A stretch of 41,105 nt of DNA, taken from Nanobdellati archaeon. Lineage in GTDB: Archaea; Nanobdellota; Nanobdellia; Woesearchaeales; JAADFO01. Positions 9,276-19,120 of this stretch are shown in pieces. Each line of letters begins with the position of its first letter. Positions within the stretch are counted from its first letter, which is position 1. The stretch is taken from positions 1 to 41,105 of the forward strand of contig JAADFO010000014.1 of NCBI GenBank assembly GCA_013152815.1, given 5' to 3'. Under the pieces are notes generated by a model. The model had not been told where the DNA came from. It saw only the letters and a list, made by a program, of their open reading frames with translations, and did no database searches. A program made the position numbers and the translations under genes.

Positions 9276-9572
9276 ATGGTATGTTACGCAATACCGACGG
9301 TCGCCGCGATCGTCCACAAGAAGATATATGGAAGACACCCCAAGTGGAAAGACCAGAGAAGCCTGAACCTGCTCCTCTGGGGAGGAGCCATCTTCGGCAT
9401 CATCGATCACCTGTGGAACGGTGAACTGTTCCTGATAGGCCCGAATATAGGGAATGATATCCTGCTCGGCATCACCATCACCCTGGTCATCGTTGCCGCA
9501 TGGGGCATCCTGACCGTCAAGGAGAGGACAGCCGCACAACAGCAGGCAGTTGCCGTCAAAGAGAACAGATGA
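9276..9572 (+). CDS. small hypothetical membrane protein
   Basis: MVCYAIPT...LNLLLWGGAIFGIIDHLWNGELF with 2-3 hydrophobic segments. GAGGTGA SD upstream. Confidence 0.7.
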   Translation: MVCYAIPTVAAIVHKKIYGRHPKWKDQRSLNLLLWGGAIFGIIDHLWNGELFLIGPNIGNDILLGITITLVIVAAWGILTVKERTAAQQQAVAVKENR

Positions 9573-9616
9573 AAGAACGAAGCGTCTAAGCGAGCAGAAG
9601 AGATGATAAAGCGCCC

Positions 9617-10294
9617 TCAGCGGCGCATTTTCTTTTTCTTTCCCCGCAGCCACCAGACACCAAGATAGACAAAGGGCGTGTCAGCCAGGGCGAAGAGCAC
9701 CTTGAGCAGGTAATAGGGGATGATGAGCGTCCAGATGAAGCCCGCGGTGAATTTCTCAGGTGTGTTGACGCTGCCCAGGAACGAGACAGGCACATGCCAG
9801 AAGGCGATGAACATGAACAGCGTCGTATCGATGGCCTGCGAGACGATGGTGGAGGCGTTGTTCCGCAGCCAGAGGAACCTGCCCTTCGTCTTCCGTTTCC
9901 AGAAGGCGAAGCTCCAGAGGTCATGGAGCTGGGAGAAGAGGAACGCGACGAGGGAGGCGATGATGATGCGCAGTGAGGTCGAGAAGACCGTCAGGTATGC
10001 GTCATTGTGGGGATAACGCGCTGCCGGAGGGAGAAAGGTTGAGAGGATGACCAGCAGGAACAGGAACACGAGGGAGAGCAGGCCTGCAAGCACGACCCCT
10101 TTGGTGCGTTCCGGACCATGGACCTCTTCGATGATGTCGGTGATGAGAAAGGTGACCGGATAGGCGAAGATGCCCACCGAGAAGCTGATGCCCCAGAGCG
10201 TCGTGATCTTGGTGCCCAGGAGGTTGGCAGCGATGAGAGCGGTGATGAAGAGACCCGCAAGGACCTGTGTCTTCTTCTCGATGCTGGAGACCAT
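9617..10294 (-). CDS. queuosine/archaeosine precursor (preQ0/preQ1) transporter, YhhQ/DUF165 family
   Basis: ANLLGTK, GIFAYPVTFLITDIIEEVHG, ASLVAFLFSQLHD, LWLRNNASTIVSQAIDT, DTPFVY. True start is ATG 10294, below TATAAAAA. Confidence 0.92.
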   Translation of the reverse strand: MVSSIEKKTQVLAGLFITALIAANLLGTKITTLWGISFSVGIFAYPVTFLITDIIEEVHGPERTKGVVLAGLLSLVFLFLLVILSTFLPPAARYPHNDAYLTVFSTSLRIIIASLVAFLFSQLHDLWSFAFWKRKTKGRFLWLRNNASTIVSQAIDTTLFMFIAFWHVPVSFLGSVNTPEKFTAGFIWTLIIPYYLLKVLFALADTPFVYLGVWWLRGKKKKMRR

Positions 10295-10408
10295 GGACTC
10301 AGGGCAAGAGACACGCTTTTTATAGATTATCATGGCCGATGCCCATGGCTGACCCTGGCCACCCTCAGGGAAGAAAGGTTTAAAAGAACACCTGATAATC
10401 CATCTTCT

Positions 10409-10771
10409 ATGAAATCCATCATCCGGCCGATACAGAAGGACAAAGCAAAGGTCCTCAAGCTCATCCGGCACAGGGACAAGAGCCACCGGCTCGATCCGCA
10501 GGGATATTTTCTCATCCGTATCAACCGGAAGACCGGGAGGATAGAGGTCGGCTTCTGCGATTACCGCAATGTGATGCGATACCGGCTTTCCGGAAAGGAA
10601 CCCAAGGATCTTCTGAACACCATCATCAGGAAGGGATTGGTGTCGCTCCAGTACCATGCGGCCTATCTTGGAAGGGAATTGGAGAAGGCAAGGATTGCCC
10701 TGGATCTCCGACAGGACTATGTGCAGGACGAAGAGTTGAGATGGAAAAAGAAGGAAAAGCGAAGATCATGA
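10409..10771 (+). CDS. DUF4346 domain protein
   Basis: LDPQGYFLI...HAAYLGRELEKARIAL...YVQD. Start at ATG 10409, below TTTAAAA. Confidence 0.8.
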   Translation: MKSIIRPIQKDKAKVLKLIRHRDKSHRLDPQGYFLIRINRKTGRIEVGFCDYRNVMRYRLSGKEPKDLLNTIIRKGLVSLQYHAAYLGRELEKARIALDLRQDYVQDEELRWKKKEKRRS

Positions 10772-11538
10772 GACGCGCAGAAGAGACCGTCCGTCGCATG
10801 AAGGACTATCTGGAGAAGAACCGCATCAGGAAAGCGGTGGTGGGCGTCTCAGGAGGGATCGACTCTGCGGTCACCCTGGTGCTGGCCACCAGGGCCATCG
10901 GTCCACAGAATGTCATCGCGATCCTCAGTCCCGGCCGGAACACGTCAGAGGAGTCGACAAGGCAGGCAAAGATGCTCTGCCAGCATCTTGGGGTGGACGT
11001 CAAGATCATCCCCATCGAAAGAGAGCAGGACAGTTCATGGACAGGGGTAGTCCCGGAGAAGATGAAACGGCTCGGGGAACACTATCCCGAGCTCAAGGGA
11101 ACCACCCTTGAGAACCTCCAGGCCATCGACCGGATGAGCGTCCTTCGGGCTGTGGCGAATGAAGAAGAGGCGATCATCGTAGGGACAGGCAATCGGACCG
11201 AGTTCTACTTCGGCTATTTCACCTTGGGCGGTGATGGTGGCGCAGACATCTTCCCGCTTCTGGACTGGAGCAAGGGAGAGGTGTATGCGTATGCGAAGAC
11301 GCAGAAGGCCATCCCGCAGTTCATCATCGAGAGGAAACCCTCGGCTGAGCTGTCACCGGGTCAGGTCGATCCCTTTGACTATGAAGAGGCAGACCTGTTC
11401 CTGCACCGTCTCCTCGACGAGAAGAAGACAGAGAAGGAGCTGGAAGAAGAGTTCGGAGGAGAGACGGCAAAGAAGTACCTCGGCCTCATCAGGAAGAACG
11501 AACACAAACGTATCAGATATAACGATCTGCTGCGATAG
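10768..11538 (+). CDS. nadE: NH3-dependent NAD+ synthetase
   Basis: VSGGIDSAV, GTGNRTE, GYFTLGGDG, PSAELSPGQVD, NEHKR. ATGA overlap with the upstream gene. Confidence 0.88.
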   Translation: MRRAEETVRRMKDYLEKNRIRKAVVGVSGGIDSAVTLVLATRAIGPQNVIAILSPGRNTSEESTRQAKMLCQHLGVDVKIIPIEREQDSSWTGVVPEKMKRLGEHYPELKGTTLENLQAIDRMSVLRAVANEEEAIIVGTGNRTEFYFGYFTLGGDGGADIFPLLDWSKGEVYAYAKTQKAIPQFIIERKPSAELSPGQVDPFDYEEADLFLHRLLDEKKTEKELEEEFGGETAKKYLGLIRKNEHKRIRYNDLLR

Positions 11539-11760
11539 ACGACAGGATCATCCCGACGTCTTTTTCTTCTTGCCGGTGAGATGAAGGAAATCCTTTTTGC
11601 TGACCACATCTTTTCCTGTTTTCTGTCCGAGCTGTTCTCTTGCATCTCTTGCCATCTTTCCACCTTCTTTGGCTGCAAGCCTGTTCTCTCCAAACACCCC
11701 CCCCCCTTCCTCGCCCTAAACTGATGAAAAGGGCAAGAAAACCAACCAAAAAGTATTTAT

Positions 11761-11780
11761 ATATCTACATATGACGATAT
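11761..11780 (+). promoter_or_regulatory. putative ArsR operator (imperfect palindrome)
   Basis: ATATC-TA-CATATG-AC-GATAT (16 of 20 positions symmetric) lies between the TTTATATA box and the arsR start. Confidence 0.55.
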
Positions 11781-12072
11781 GATTATGCTGAAGAAAGATG
11801 CTCGGTTTTTGAGGATGTTGGGGGACGAGACCAGACTCAAGATAATACAGACTCTGCTGGGAGGGGAGATGTGTTCCTGTAAATTCATAAACATTACAGA
11901 AAGAGCACAGTCCACAGTATCATCCCATCTAAGAGACCTGGAAAAAGAGGGCATCCTACGATCAAGAAGGGAAGGAAGAAATATTTTGTATAGTATCAAA
12001 GACAAACGAGTGTATGAACTTTGCAAACTGCTCAACATAAGAGGATCCAAGGTAAATGAAGACAGATGTTAG
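11779..12072 (+). CDS. arsR: ArsR/SmtB family transcriptional regulator
   Basis: LGDETRLKII, EMCSCKF (alpha-3 CxC metalloid site), AQSTVSSHL, SRREGRNILYS. Confidence 0.9.
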   Translation: MIMLKKDARFLRMLGDETRLKIIQTLLGGEMCSCKFINITERAQSTVSSHLRDLEKEGILRSRREGRNILYSIKDKRVYELCKLLNIRGSKVNEDRC

Positions 12073-12081
12073 GTGACAAGG

Positions 12082-12207
12082 ATGCAGGAAAAGAAACGAA
12101 GTTTTTTTGAGAGATTGTTTAGTGAACTGGATAAGAAACTTGAGGAAAAATCGAAAAATAAATCTTGTTGCTGTAACAAGGATGAAGATAAACCATGCTG
12201 CAAGTGA
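12082..12207 (+). CDS. 41-aa Cys-rich peptide (not in the ORF track)
   Basis: Manual translation [49 protein letters not shown] at 12071-12076. Fills the arsR-arsP gap and overlaps the arsP start. Confidence 0.7.
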   Translation: MQEKKRSFFERLFSELDKKLEEKSKNKSCCCNKDEDKPCCK

Positions 12208-13160
12208 CTGTTGACTGGATTGTGTACCAGCTTATTGGCATGGATCCCTCTTCAAGGCTATCACAGTCGCTACATTTCTTTGTTTATGATTCCATCAAGA
12301 TAATGCTGTTGTTATTCATTATGATCTCTTTGATTGGTTTTTTAAGGACATACATCTCCCAGAACAAGATAAGAAAATGGCTTACCGGAAAGAAAAAGGG
12401 ATTTGGAAACTTTTTGGCGTCTGTTTTCGGAGCAGCAACTCCGTTCTGCTCTTGTTCTTCGATCCCCATCTTTTTAAGTTTCCTTGAAGCCGGAGTTCCT
12501 CTTGGAGTAACATTTTCATTCCTCATAACATCTCCTTTGGTTAATGAGTATTTAGTGGTGTTGATGCTTGGATTTTTTGGATGGAAGATCACATTAGCTT
12601 ATGTGATTAGTGGAATCTTGATAGGTGTTATTTCCGGATCAATATTGGGTAATATGAAACTTGAAAAACACCTCGTAAAGGATTTAATATCTTCAAAGTC
12701 CCAAGTTGCTGACGAGATAAAGTATGATGGGATCAAAAAAAGAATTATTTTTGGTTTGAAGGAATCGATATCGATCACTAAAAAATTATGGATCTGGATA
12801 CTTGTAGGAGTGGGGGTTGGAGCTGCGATACATAATTATGTCCCGGCAGAATTGATTCAGGGAATAATCAACAAAGGAGGATTATTTTCTGTGCCCATCG
12901 CGACGATTCTGGGAGTTCCCATGTATGGGAGTTGTGCAGCCATCGTTCCGATTGCAGTCGTTCTGTTTCAGAAAGGAGTTCCGATCGGCACTGCTTTAGC
13001 TTTTATGATGGCAATTTCCGCCTTAAGTTTTCCAGAAGCAATCATGCTCAGAAGAGCAATGAAATTAAAACTCATCATGATATTCTTTGGGATAACCACG
13101 CTAGCTATAATCTTCACAGGATACTTATTTAACTTGCTTCAGACAGTGATAACAGGATGA
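12195..13160 (+). CDS. arsP: ArsP/DUF318 family permease
   Basis: [49 protein letters not shown]. Located in an arsR operon. Confidence 0.9.
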   Translation: MLQVTVDWIVYQLIGMDPSSRLSQSLHFFVYDSIKIMLLLFIMISLIGFLRTYISQNKIRKWLTGKKKGFGNFLASVFGAATPFCSCSSIPIFLSFLEAGVPLGVTFSFLITSPLVNEYLVVLMLGFFGWKITLAYVISGILIGVISGSILGNMKLEKHLVKDLISSKSQVADEIKYDGIKKRIIFGLKESISITKKLWIWILVGVGVGAAIHNYVPAELIQGIINKGGLFSVPIATILGVPMYGSCAAIVPIAVVLFQKGVPIGTALAFMMAISALSFPEAIMLRRAMKLKLIMIFFGITTLAIIFTGYLFNLLQTVITG

Positions 13161-13225
13161 CCTTTCACCCCGCCGTTAGGCAGGGGGCATGAAACCCCCA
13201 GCTCGCTACGCTCGCGATAAAAGGC
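13161..13225. repeat. GC-rich multi-hairpin element containing GCTCGCTACGCTCGC
   Basis: CCCC-GCC-GTTA-GGC-A-GGGG and GGGGG-CATGAAA-CCCCC stems within CCTTT...AAAGG ends. Shares CTCGCTACGCT with the element at 545-665. Confidence 0.45.
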
Positions 13226-13261
13226 AAACCTTTTAAGTCATTTCCAAGCAAGGACAGTATC

Positions 13262-13849
13262 ATGAATCTGAACAGATCAGGATCCGCGATTCTTTTGATT
13301 GAATTTCAGAACCAATGGACGAAAAAAGGGTTTTACAACCGGCTTATTAAAAAACAGTTAAACTCCAGAAATGTTTTGGAAAACACTGAAAAAGCTGTGG
13401 ATAACGCGAGAAAACAAGGGGTGAGAATAATTCACGCTCCCCTGGTCATCGACCCTGAAAGCAAAAAGGGGTGGCTCGCCCATCTGACAGGGGGTAAGGT
13501 TTTCACTAAAGGAAGCGATAAGAGCAAGATTTCAAAAGGTCTTTTTCAAGAAGGCGATCTGATAGTGAAAGGCAGATACGCTTTTGATGCCTTTATCGGA
13601 AGTGACCTATGCGAACTTTTGAAAAAAAATAATATTGAAAACGTTTTTATTTGTGGATTTACAACAGATCAATGTGTAGCGAAAACAATGAGAACCATGA
13701 TAAAGAAAAAGATCGATGCGTATTTAGTCTCTGATTGTACTGCAACATTCAATGACTTTTTTCAGAAAAGGACCGAAAAGAAATTTGCCGACAAAGTCAT
13801 TAATTCGCGAGAGATGGAAGAGTTATGGAACAACGATTTTTATTCATGA
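13262..13849 (+). CDS. isochorismatase-family cysteine hydrolase
   Basis: AILLIEFQN, FDAFIGSDL, ICGFTTDQCVAKTMR, VSDCTA. Confidence 0.88.
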   Translation: MNLNRSGSAILLIEFQNQWTKKGFYNRLIKKQLNSRNVLENTEKAVDNARKQGVRIIHAPLVIDPESKKGWLAHLTGGKVFTKGSDKSKISKGLFQEGDLIVKGRYAFDAFIGSDLCELLKKNNIENVFICGFTTDQCVAKTMRTMIKKKIDAYLVSDCTATFNDFFQKRTEKKFADKVINSREMEELWNNDFYS

Positions 13850-13978
13850 CATTTAGAAAATGTGGCTCGCGACGATATATGACGCTGTTCACCCAAAAAA
13901 AACGATTTAGTTTGATTTGCGCACCGATTGGTGTTAAAAGGATATGAAGACCGGAGTTAGATTTATAAACGTTAAAGA

Positions 13979-14584
13979 ATGACTAAAATTATGTTCACGA
14001 CACAGAACACGACATCGCTTTACAGAGCAATCGCAATCTTAACGGTCCTTTGGGCGATAATGGCCGTTTATGTATTCGCAGCAGTGAAAAAGACCTACGC
14101 GAAAAACGGAACTTTCACGAACAAACTTCTAAATTGGTGGTTCGCGATGTGGGGCGTCTTTTTCTCGGCGCTGGCTTTATCCGCGCTATACGGCGTGTGG
14201 CTGCTGCCGATCGATAAAACAGCCGCTTTGGTTGCCGGCCTGGTTTTATTTGTCGCCGGCATTGTTTTGCTGGCGGTCGGCATGATGGAATTCCGCACCT
14301 TGCGCAGGAGCTGCGCGCAGGACACTTCCAAGCTCATAACCGGCGGGATATACAGATGGAGCAGAAATCCGCAGTTTATCGGATGCCTTTTGTATCTCAC
14401 AGGAATATCGCTTGCCGGACGGTCAATATTCGCCTTCGCTCTCACAGCCGCCGCATCCATTGTTATTTATTGGTACACCGTCAGTTTGGCAGAGCCGTAT
14501 CTTGAACGGCTGTATGGGGAAGGATACAGGCGATACAAAAAAAGAGTTTCGAGATGGTTCGGCATTGCTTCAAAAAACAGGTAA
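13979..14584 (+). CDS. isoprenylcysteine carboxyl methyltransferase / PEMT family membrane protein
   Basis: LITGGIYRWSRNPQF and EPYLERLYGEGYRRYKKRVSRW with several TM segments. The start could instead be 13991. Confidence 0.85.
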   Translation: MTKIMFTTQNTTSLYRAIAILTVLWAIMAVYVFAAVKKTYAKNGTFTNKLLNWWFAMWGVFFSALALSALYGVWLLPIDKTAALVAGLVLFVAGIVLLAVGMMEFRTLRRSCAQDTSKLITGGIYRWSRNPQFIGCLLYLTGISLAGRSIFAFALTAAASIVIYWYTVSLAEPYLERLYGEGYRRYKKRVSRWFGIASKNR

Positions 14585-14640
14585 CTGTCCCGACGATTGG
14601 ACAGCGCATCAACACAGGGCCCGACAACCAAAGAAAAAGA

Positions 14641-15309
14641 CTATGTCCCTGCAGATGCCGCCTTCCGTTCCGCCCGCTTGATCTTGTCCTTCTTCATCTT
14701 GATCTTCTTGGTCCGGAAGACCGTCTCCCGTTCCATCTCCTCGAGACGGAAGGTGATGAAGGCCTTGGCTTCCTGCATCTTCGGGATGACCTCGAACTCA
14801 AGGGCATTGACCCTTCTTTTCGTCTTGTCGATCTCCTCCAGCAGCCGTTTCATGGCGTTCTCCACCTCTGCCACGGTAAGTATCCTGTCGATGACCTTCT
14901 CATATTCAGAGACGGCCTCGTCGATGACGAAGGACGTCCCCATGACACCATAGCCCCGTTCGAAGACATCCTTCGAGGTCGTCCCTTCGGTGGTCACCTG
15001 GGGGACGATGACACCCATGACTGATTTCGTCTGGATGTCGAGGGTGGGCATCTTGGAGATGGCAAGAGCGATGCCTTTGAGTTTGGCGTCGGTCTCGAGC
15101 ATCCTGCAGATGTTCATGGTCTTGAGCGCGTGCAGATACTCTTCCTGCAGTTCCCGACGGGCCATCTTGGCCTTCTTGAGGATCTCGAAGAAGGAGAGGA
15201 TCAGGCCGTCACGTTTCTTCTTGAGGATCTGGTGCCCCATCCGGGCCATCTTGATCCTTCTTTTCAGCGCGATGAGTTCGCTTCGTGTGGGTTTGATGTC
15301 GAGTGCCAT
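14641..15309 (-). CDS. atpD: A/V-type ATP synthase subunit D
   Basis: IKPTRSEL, LKKKRDGL, EIDKTKRRVNALE, LEEMERE. Confidence 0.96.
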   Translation of the reverse strand: MALDIKPTRSELIALKRRIKMARMGHQILKKKRDGLILSFFEILKKAKMARRELQEEYLHALKTMNICRMLETDAKLKGIALAISKMPTLDIQTKSVMGVIVPQVTTEGTTSKDVFERGYGVMGTSFVIDEAVSEYEKVIDRILTVAEVENAMKRLLEEIDKTKRRVNALEFEVIPKMQEAKAFITFRLEEMERETVFRTKKIKMKKDKIKRAERKAASAGT

Positions 15310-15321
15310 CGGATGATCGGT

Positions 15322-16950
15322 TCACTTCCTCTTTTTCACTTTGCTGCCAGGGGCCTTCAATGCCCTGGCTTTTGCGGTCTTTCGCCTGGCCGGCTTCTTT
15401 CCGGTGTTCTTGGCAGGCTTCCTGCCGGCCTTGGACGCTTTCTTCCCCGTCGTCTTCTTGACGTCCTGTTCTGCCTTGGCCGGCGTCCTTGCAGCAGCCT
15501 TGCCGACGGTCGCCTCCTTCTCTTTTTCTGTGCTGTCTTTCTTGTCTTTCTGTGCAGGAGCCGGCTCATCGGCCTGCATATCATCCTTTCCCTTGTAGTA
15601 CTTCTTCTTCAGTTCAGGAGAGATCCTTCCGAGCTCGTTGGACGGCAGGGACGACAGAAGGTCCCAGGAGATCTTGAGGGTCTCGAAGATGGACCGGTCC
15701 TCGCTTTTTGCCTGTCTGACAAACTTGTCCTCAAAGGCCTCGGCAAAGTGCAGCATCCGCTTGTCCCGTGCAGAAAGAGCATCCTCTCCGACGATGGCCA
15801 CCAGGCCGCGGAGATCCCTGCCCTCTGCGTAGTTGGCATAGAGCTGGTCAGAGACCTGCTTATGGTCCTCCCGGGTCTTGTCCGGTCCGATACCGAGGTT
15901 CATCAGCCGTGACAGGGAAGGAAGCACGTCCACCGGCGGGTAGATGCCTTTGCGATGGAGTTCCCGTGACAGGACGATCTGGCCCTCGGTGATGTAGCCG
16001 GTGAGGTCGGGGATGGGGTGGGTGATGTCGTCCCCGGTCATGGTCAGGATGGGGAACTGGGTGATGGACCCTTTCTTGCCCTTGATCCTTCCGGCACGCT
16101 CGTAGAGCGAAGCCAGGTCGGTGTACATGTAACCGGGGTATCCCCGTCGTCCTGGGATCTCTTCCCGTGCGGCGCCTATCTCCCGGAGGGATTCGCAGTA
16201 GTTGGTGACGTCGGTGAAGATGACCAGGACATGCATGTCCTTCTCGAATGCGAGATACTCTGCAGCCGTCAGGGCCATCCGCGGGGTGATGAGCCGCTCG
16301 GCAGCAGGATCGTCTGCCAGGTTGAGGAACACCACGCTCCGTTCCAACGCCCCGGTCTCCTCGAAATCCTTGATGAACTTCTGTGCCTCTTCGCTGGTGA
16401 TGCCCATCGCAGCGAAGATGACGACGAACTTCTCCTTCTTGCCCAGGGTCTTCGCCTGCCTTGCGATCTGGAGCGCCATGTCGTTATGGGGAAGCCCTGC
16501 ACCGGAGAAGATGGGAAGTTTCTGCCCCCTTACAAGGGTGTTGGTGGCGTCGATGGTCGAGATGCCTGTCTGGATGAAGTCTGCAGGCTGATCCCGCGCC
16601 TGTGGGTTGATGGCCGCGCCGGTGATCTCGATGCGTTTCTCGGGGATGAGCCTGGGACCGCCATCGATGGGGTTGCCCGCTCCGTCGAAGATCCTGCCCA
16701 GCATGCCCTCCGAGCAGGAGAGCTTTATGGGGTTCCCTAAGAACTTGACGCTGGTGGCGAGGTTGATCCCTCTGGTCCCTTCAAAGACCTGCACGACCAC
16801 CACGTCCTTGCTCGTGTCCAGCACCTGACCGGAACGGAACTCTCCGTTGGGCAGTTGCAGCTTCACCAGCTCTCCGTAGCCCACATCGTGTGTCCTTTCG
16901 ACGAAGACAAGAGGCCCTGCAATTCGCGTGATTGTTTTGTACTCTTTCAT
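15322..16950 (-). CDS. atpB: A/V-type ATP synthase subunit B, with a ~90-aa Lys/Ala-rich C-terminal extension
   Basis: [60 protein letters not shown]. Confidence 0.97.
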   Translation of the reverse strand: MKEYKTITRIAGPLVFVERTHDVGYGELVKLQLPNGEFRSGQVLDTSKDVVVVQVFEGTRGINLATSVKFLGNPIKLSCSEGMLGRIFDGAGNPIDGGPRLIPEKRIEITGAAINPQARDQPADFIQTGISTIDATNTLVRGQKLPIFSGAGLPHNDMALQIARQAKTLGKKEKFVVIFAAMGITSEEAQKFIKDFEETGALERSVVFLNLADDPAAERLITPRMALTAAEYLAFEKDMHVLVIFTDVTNYCESLREIGAAREEIPGRRGYPGYMYTDLASLYERAGRIKGKKGSITQFPILTMTGDDITHPIPDLTGYITEGQIVLSRELHRKGIYPPVDVLPSLSRLMNLGIGPDKTREDHKQVSDQLYANYAEGRDLRGLVAIVGEDALSARDKRMLHFAEAFEDKFVRQAKSEDRSIFETLKISWDLLSSLPSNELGRISPELKKKYYKGKDDMQADEPAPAQKDKKDSTEKEKEATVGKAAARTPAKAEQDVKKTTGKKASKAGRKPAKNTGKKPARRKTAKARALKAPGSKVKKRK

Positions 16951-16955
16951 TTTGG

Positions 16956-18698
16956 TTACCTCAAGCTATTGAATTCCTGATCCATCTTCTTGTCCAAGCG
17001 TTTGAGCAGGCTTGCATAATCCTTGTCGAACTTGGCCAGACCGATGTCGTCCTTGGCTGTTGTGGCGAGGATGTCCTTCGCACGTTTTCCTTCGGTGAGC
17101 GCACGCTGTCCGAGGACGTTGAACTTCAGTATGAGCTTCATCAGGTCATAGGTCTTGCTCAGTTCACAAAAGCTGTCGACCTCGTGGAAGGCATTCTGCT
17201 GCAGGAAGCTCTCTCGAAGCAATCGGGCAGTCTCCAGCACGATCTGTTCCTTGGGGGCCAGCGCGTCCTTGCCGACCAACTGCACCACTTCCATGAGCTT
17301 GTCTTCCTCCTGGAGCAGGGTCATCACAGAACCTGTCGTCGCCCGCCAGTCCTCGGCGACCGTCGACTTGAACCAGTCCTCCAGGCCGTCGATGTAGAGG
17401 CTATAGGAATTGAGCCAGTTGATGGAAGGGAAATGCCTCCGCTGTGCGAGTTTGGCATCCAGCGCCCAGAAAGTCTTGGTGACACGGAGGGTGTTCTGGG
17501 TGACCGGTTCTGAGAAATCCCCTCCGGGAGGGGATACCGCTCCGATGACCGTGACCGAACCCTCCTCGATGCCTTTGGCCAGGGGATTGACTATGCCTGC
17601 GCGTTCATAGAAATCGGCGAGCTTGGTGGAGAGATAGGCAGGATAGCCCTCTTCTCCCGGGGTCTCCTCAAGACGGGAGGAGATTTCCCGCATGGCCTCT
17701 GCCCAGCGGGAGGTGGAGTCTGCCATGAGCGCCACCGAATAGCCCTGGTCCCTGAAATACTCCGCTATGGTGATGCCTGTATAGACCGATGCCTCTCTCG
17801 CCGCCACCGGCATGTTCGATGTGTTGGCGATGAGGACCGTTCGCTCCATGAGCGGCTTTCCTGACTTGGGGTCGATGAGCTCAGGGAACTCCTTGAGCAC
17901 TTCGGTCATCTCGTTGCCCCGTTCGCCGCAGCCGATATAGACGATGATGTCCGCATCGCACCATTTCGCGAGCGTCTGCTGGGTCACGGTCTTTCCTGCA
18001 CCGAAAGGTCCGGGGATGGCCGCTGCGCCGCCCTTTGCCAGAGGGAAGAGCGCATCGAAGACGCGCTGTCCGGTGATGAGCGGCTTGTGGGGAAGGAGCT
18101 TCTTGCTGACCGGACGGGGGATACGGACCGGCCAGACCTGATGCAGCTTGAGGACAGTACCGTCGGCGAGCTTTCCGACTTCTTCATCGATGGTGAAGCT
18201 TCCGGAGCGGATGGACCTGACCGTGGTCTCTTTCACAAGAGGAGGAACGAGTATGCGATGCAGGATGCGGGAGGTCTCCTGGACCGTGCCGACCACGTCT
18301 CCTCCTTTTACCTTGTCGCCGGCCTTCACCGTACTCTTGAAGGTCCATTTCTTCTTGAAGTCGAGGCCGTCGGCATAGACACCCCGCCTGATGTAGTCCC
18401 CCATCTTCTCGACGAGGACGGGCAGGGGGCGTTGGATGCCATCATAGATGCTGGTCAGGAGACCGGGACCGAGCTGTACCGAGAGCGGTTTTTCGGTGGT
18501 GACGACCTCTTCTCCCGGACGGAGGAGGGTCGTGTCCTCATAGACCTGGATGGTGGTGATGTCTCCCTCGATCTGGATGACCTCGCCCATGAGGTGTTCT
18601 TTGCCGACATTGACCAGATCGAACATGGTGGCATCGATGCCTTTCGCCTGGACAACCGGTCCTGCAATCCGATAGAGTGTTCCTTTTCTACTTGTCAT
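16956..18698 (-). CDS. atpA: A/V-type ATP synthase subunit A
   Basis: P-loop [50 protein letters not shown]. No intein. Confidence 0.98.
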   Translation of the reverse strand: MTSRKGTLYRIAGPVVQAKGIDATMFDLVNVGKEHLMGEVIQIEGDITTIQVYEDTTLLRPGEEVVTTEKPLSVQLGPGLLTSIYDGIQRPLPVLVEKMGDYIRRGVYADGLDFKKKWTFKSTVKAGDKVKGGDVVGTVQETSRILHRILVPPLVKETTVRSIRSGSFTIDEEVGKLADGTVLKLHQVWPVRIPRPVSKKLLPHKPLITGQRVFDALFPLAKGGAAAIPGPFGAGKTVTQQTLAKWCDADIIVYIGCGERGNEMTEVLKEFPELIDPKSGKPLMERTVLIANTSNMPVAAREASVYTGITIAEYFRDQGYSVALMADSTSRWAEAMREISSRLEETPGEEGYPAYLSTKLADFYERAGIVNPLAKGIEEGSVTVIGAVSPPGGDFSEPVTQNTLRVTKTFWALDAKLAQRRHFPSINWLNSYSLYIDGLEDWFKSTVAEDWRATTGSVMTLLQEEDKLMEVVQLVGKDALAPKEQIVLETARLLRESFLQQNAFHEVDSFCELSKTYDLMKLILKFNVLGQRALTEGKRAKDILATTAKDDIGLAKFDKDYASLLKRLDKKMDQEFNSLR

Positions 18699-18811
18699 GG
18701 TTCATAACCTCGTTAGCATTGCTTCCTTTTTTTAGTATCGTATATCGCATGTGTATATCGCATATGTCAGCAGGGTATATCTGACATGTGGCGGGCGGTT
18801 CGCTGCATCGG

Positions 18812-19120
18812 TCATTCCTCGTCCTTGAGGATGTCGACGCCGATGGCCTGCTTGATCATCTTCCGCAGGTCGTCCTGCCCGCCTGTCTTTTTGGAGAGGG
18901 TGATGACGATGGGCTTGGGCGAACGTTCTGCACGGTACCGTTCATGCTCGCTCACCTGTCGGAGCGTCTCATCATCGACGATGATGATGCCGACGTCGGG
19001 ATTTTCCATCAGGTCAGAGAGTTGCCTGGTCGGCTCCTTCGCGGCTTCCTGCACCAGACGGATGCCTGCGAGCTGGAATCCGAGGATGAACTCAGAGGTC
19101 CCGAGGACCGCCATCTCCAT
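18812..19120 (-). CDS. atpF: A/V-type ATP synthase subunit F
   Basis: MAVLG...FILGFQLAGI...IKQAIGVDI, and operon position. Confidence 0.93.
   Translation of the reverse strand: MEMAVLGTSEFILGFQLAGIRLVQEAAKEPTRQLSDLMENPDVGIIIVDDETLRQVSEHERYRAERSPKPIVITLSKKTGGQDDLRKMIKQAIGVDILKDEE

Noticed and set aside
10118..10657. Long overlapping N-terminal extensions of the yhhQ and DUF4346 ORFs
   Set aside because: TATA positions and family homology place the starts at 10294 (-) and 10409 (+), which removes the overlap.
10768..11538. QueC (preQ0 synthase) call, suggested by SGGxDS and the neighbouring yhhQ
   Set aside because: Has the NadE-specific GTGNRTE, FTxxGDG and PSAEL motifs and lacks the QueC Cys zinc site.
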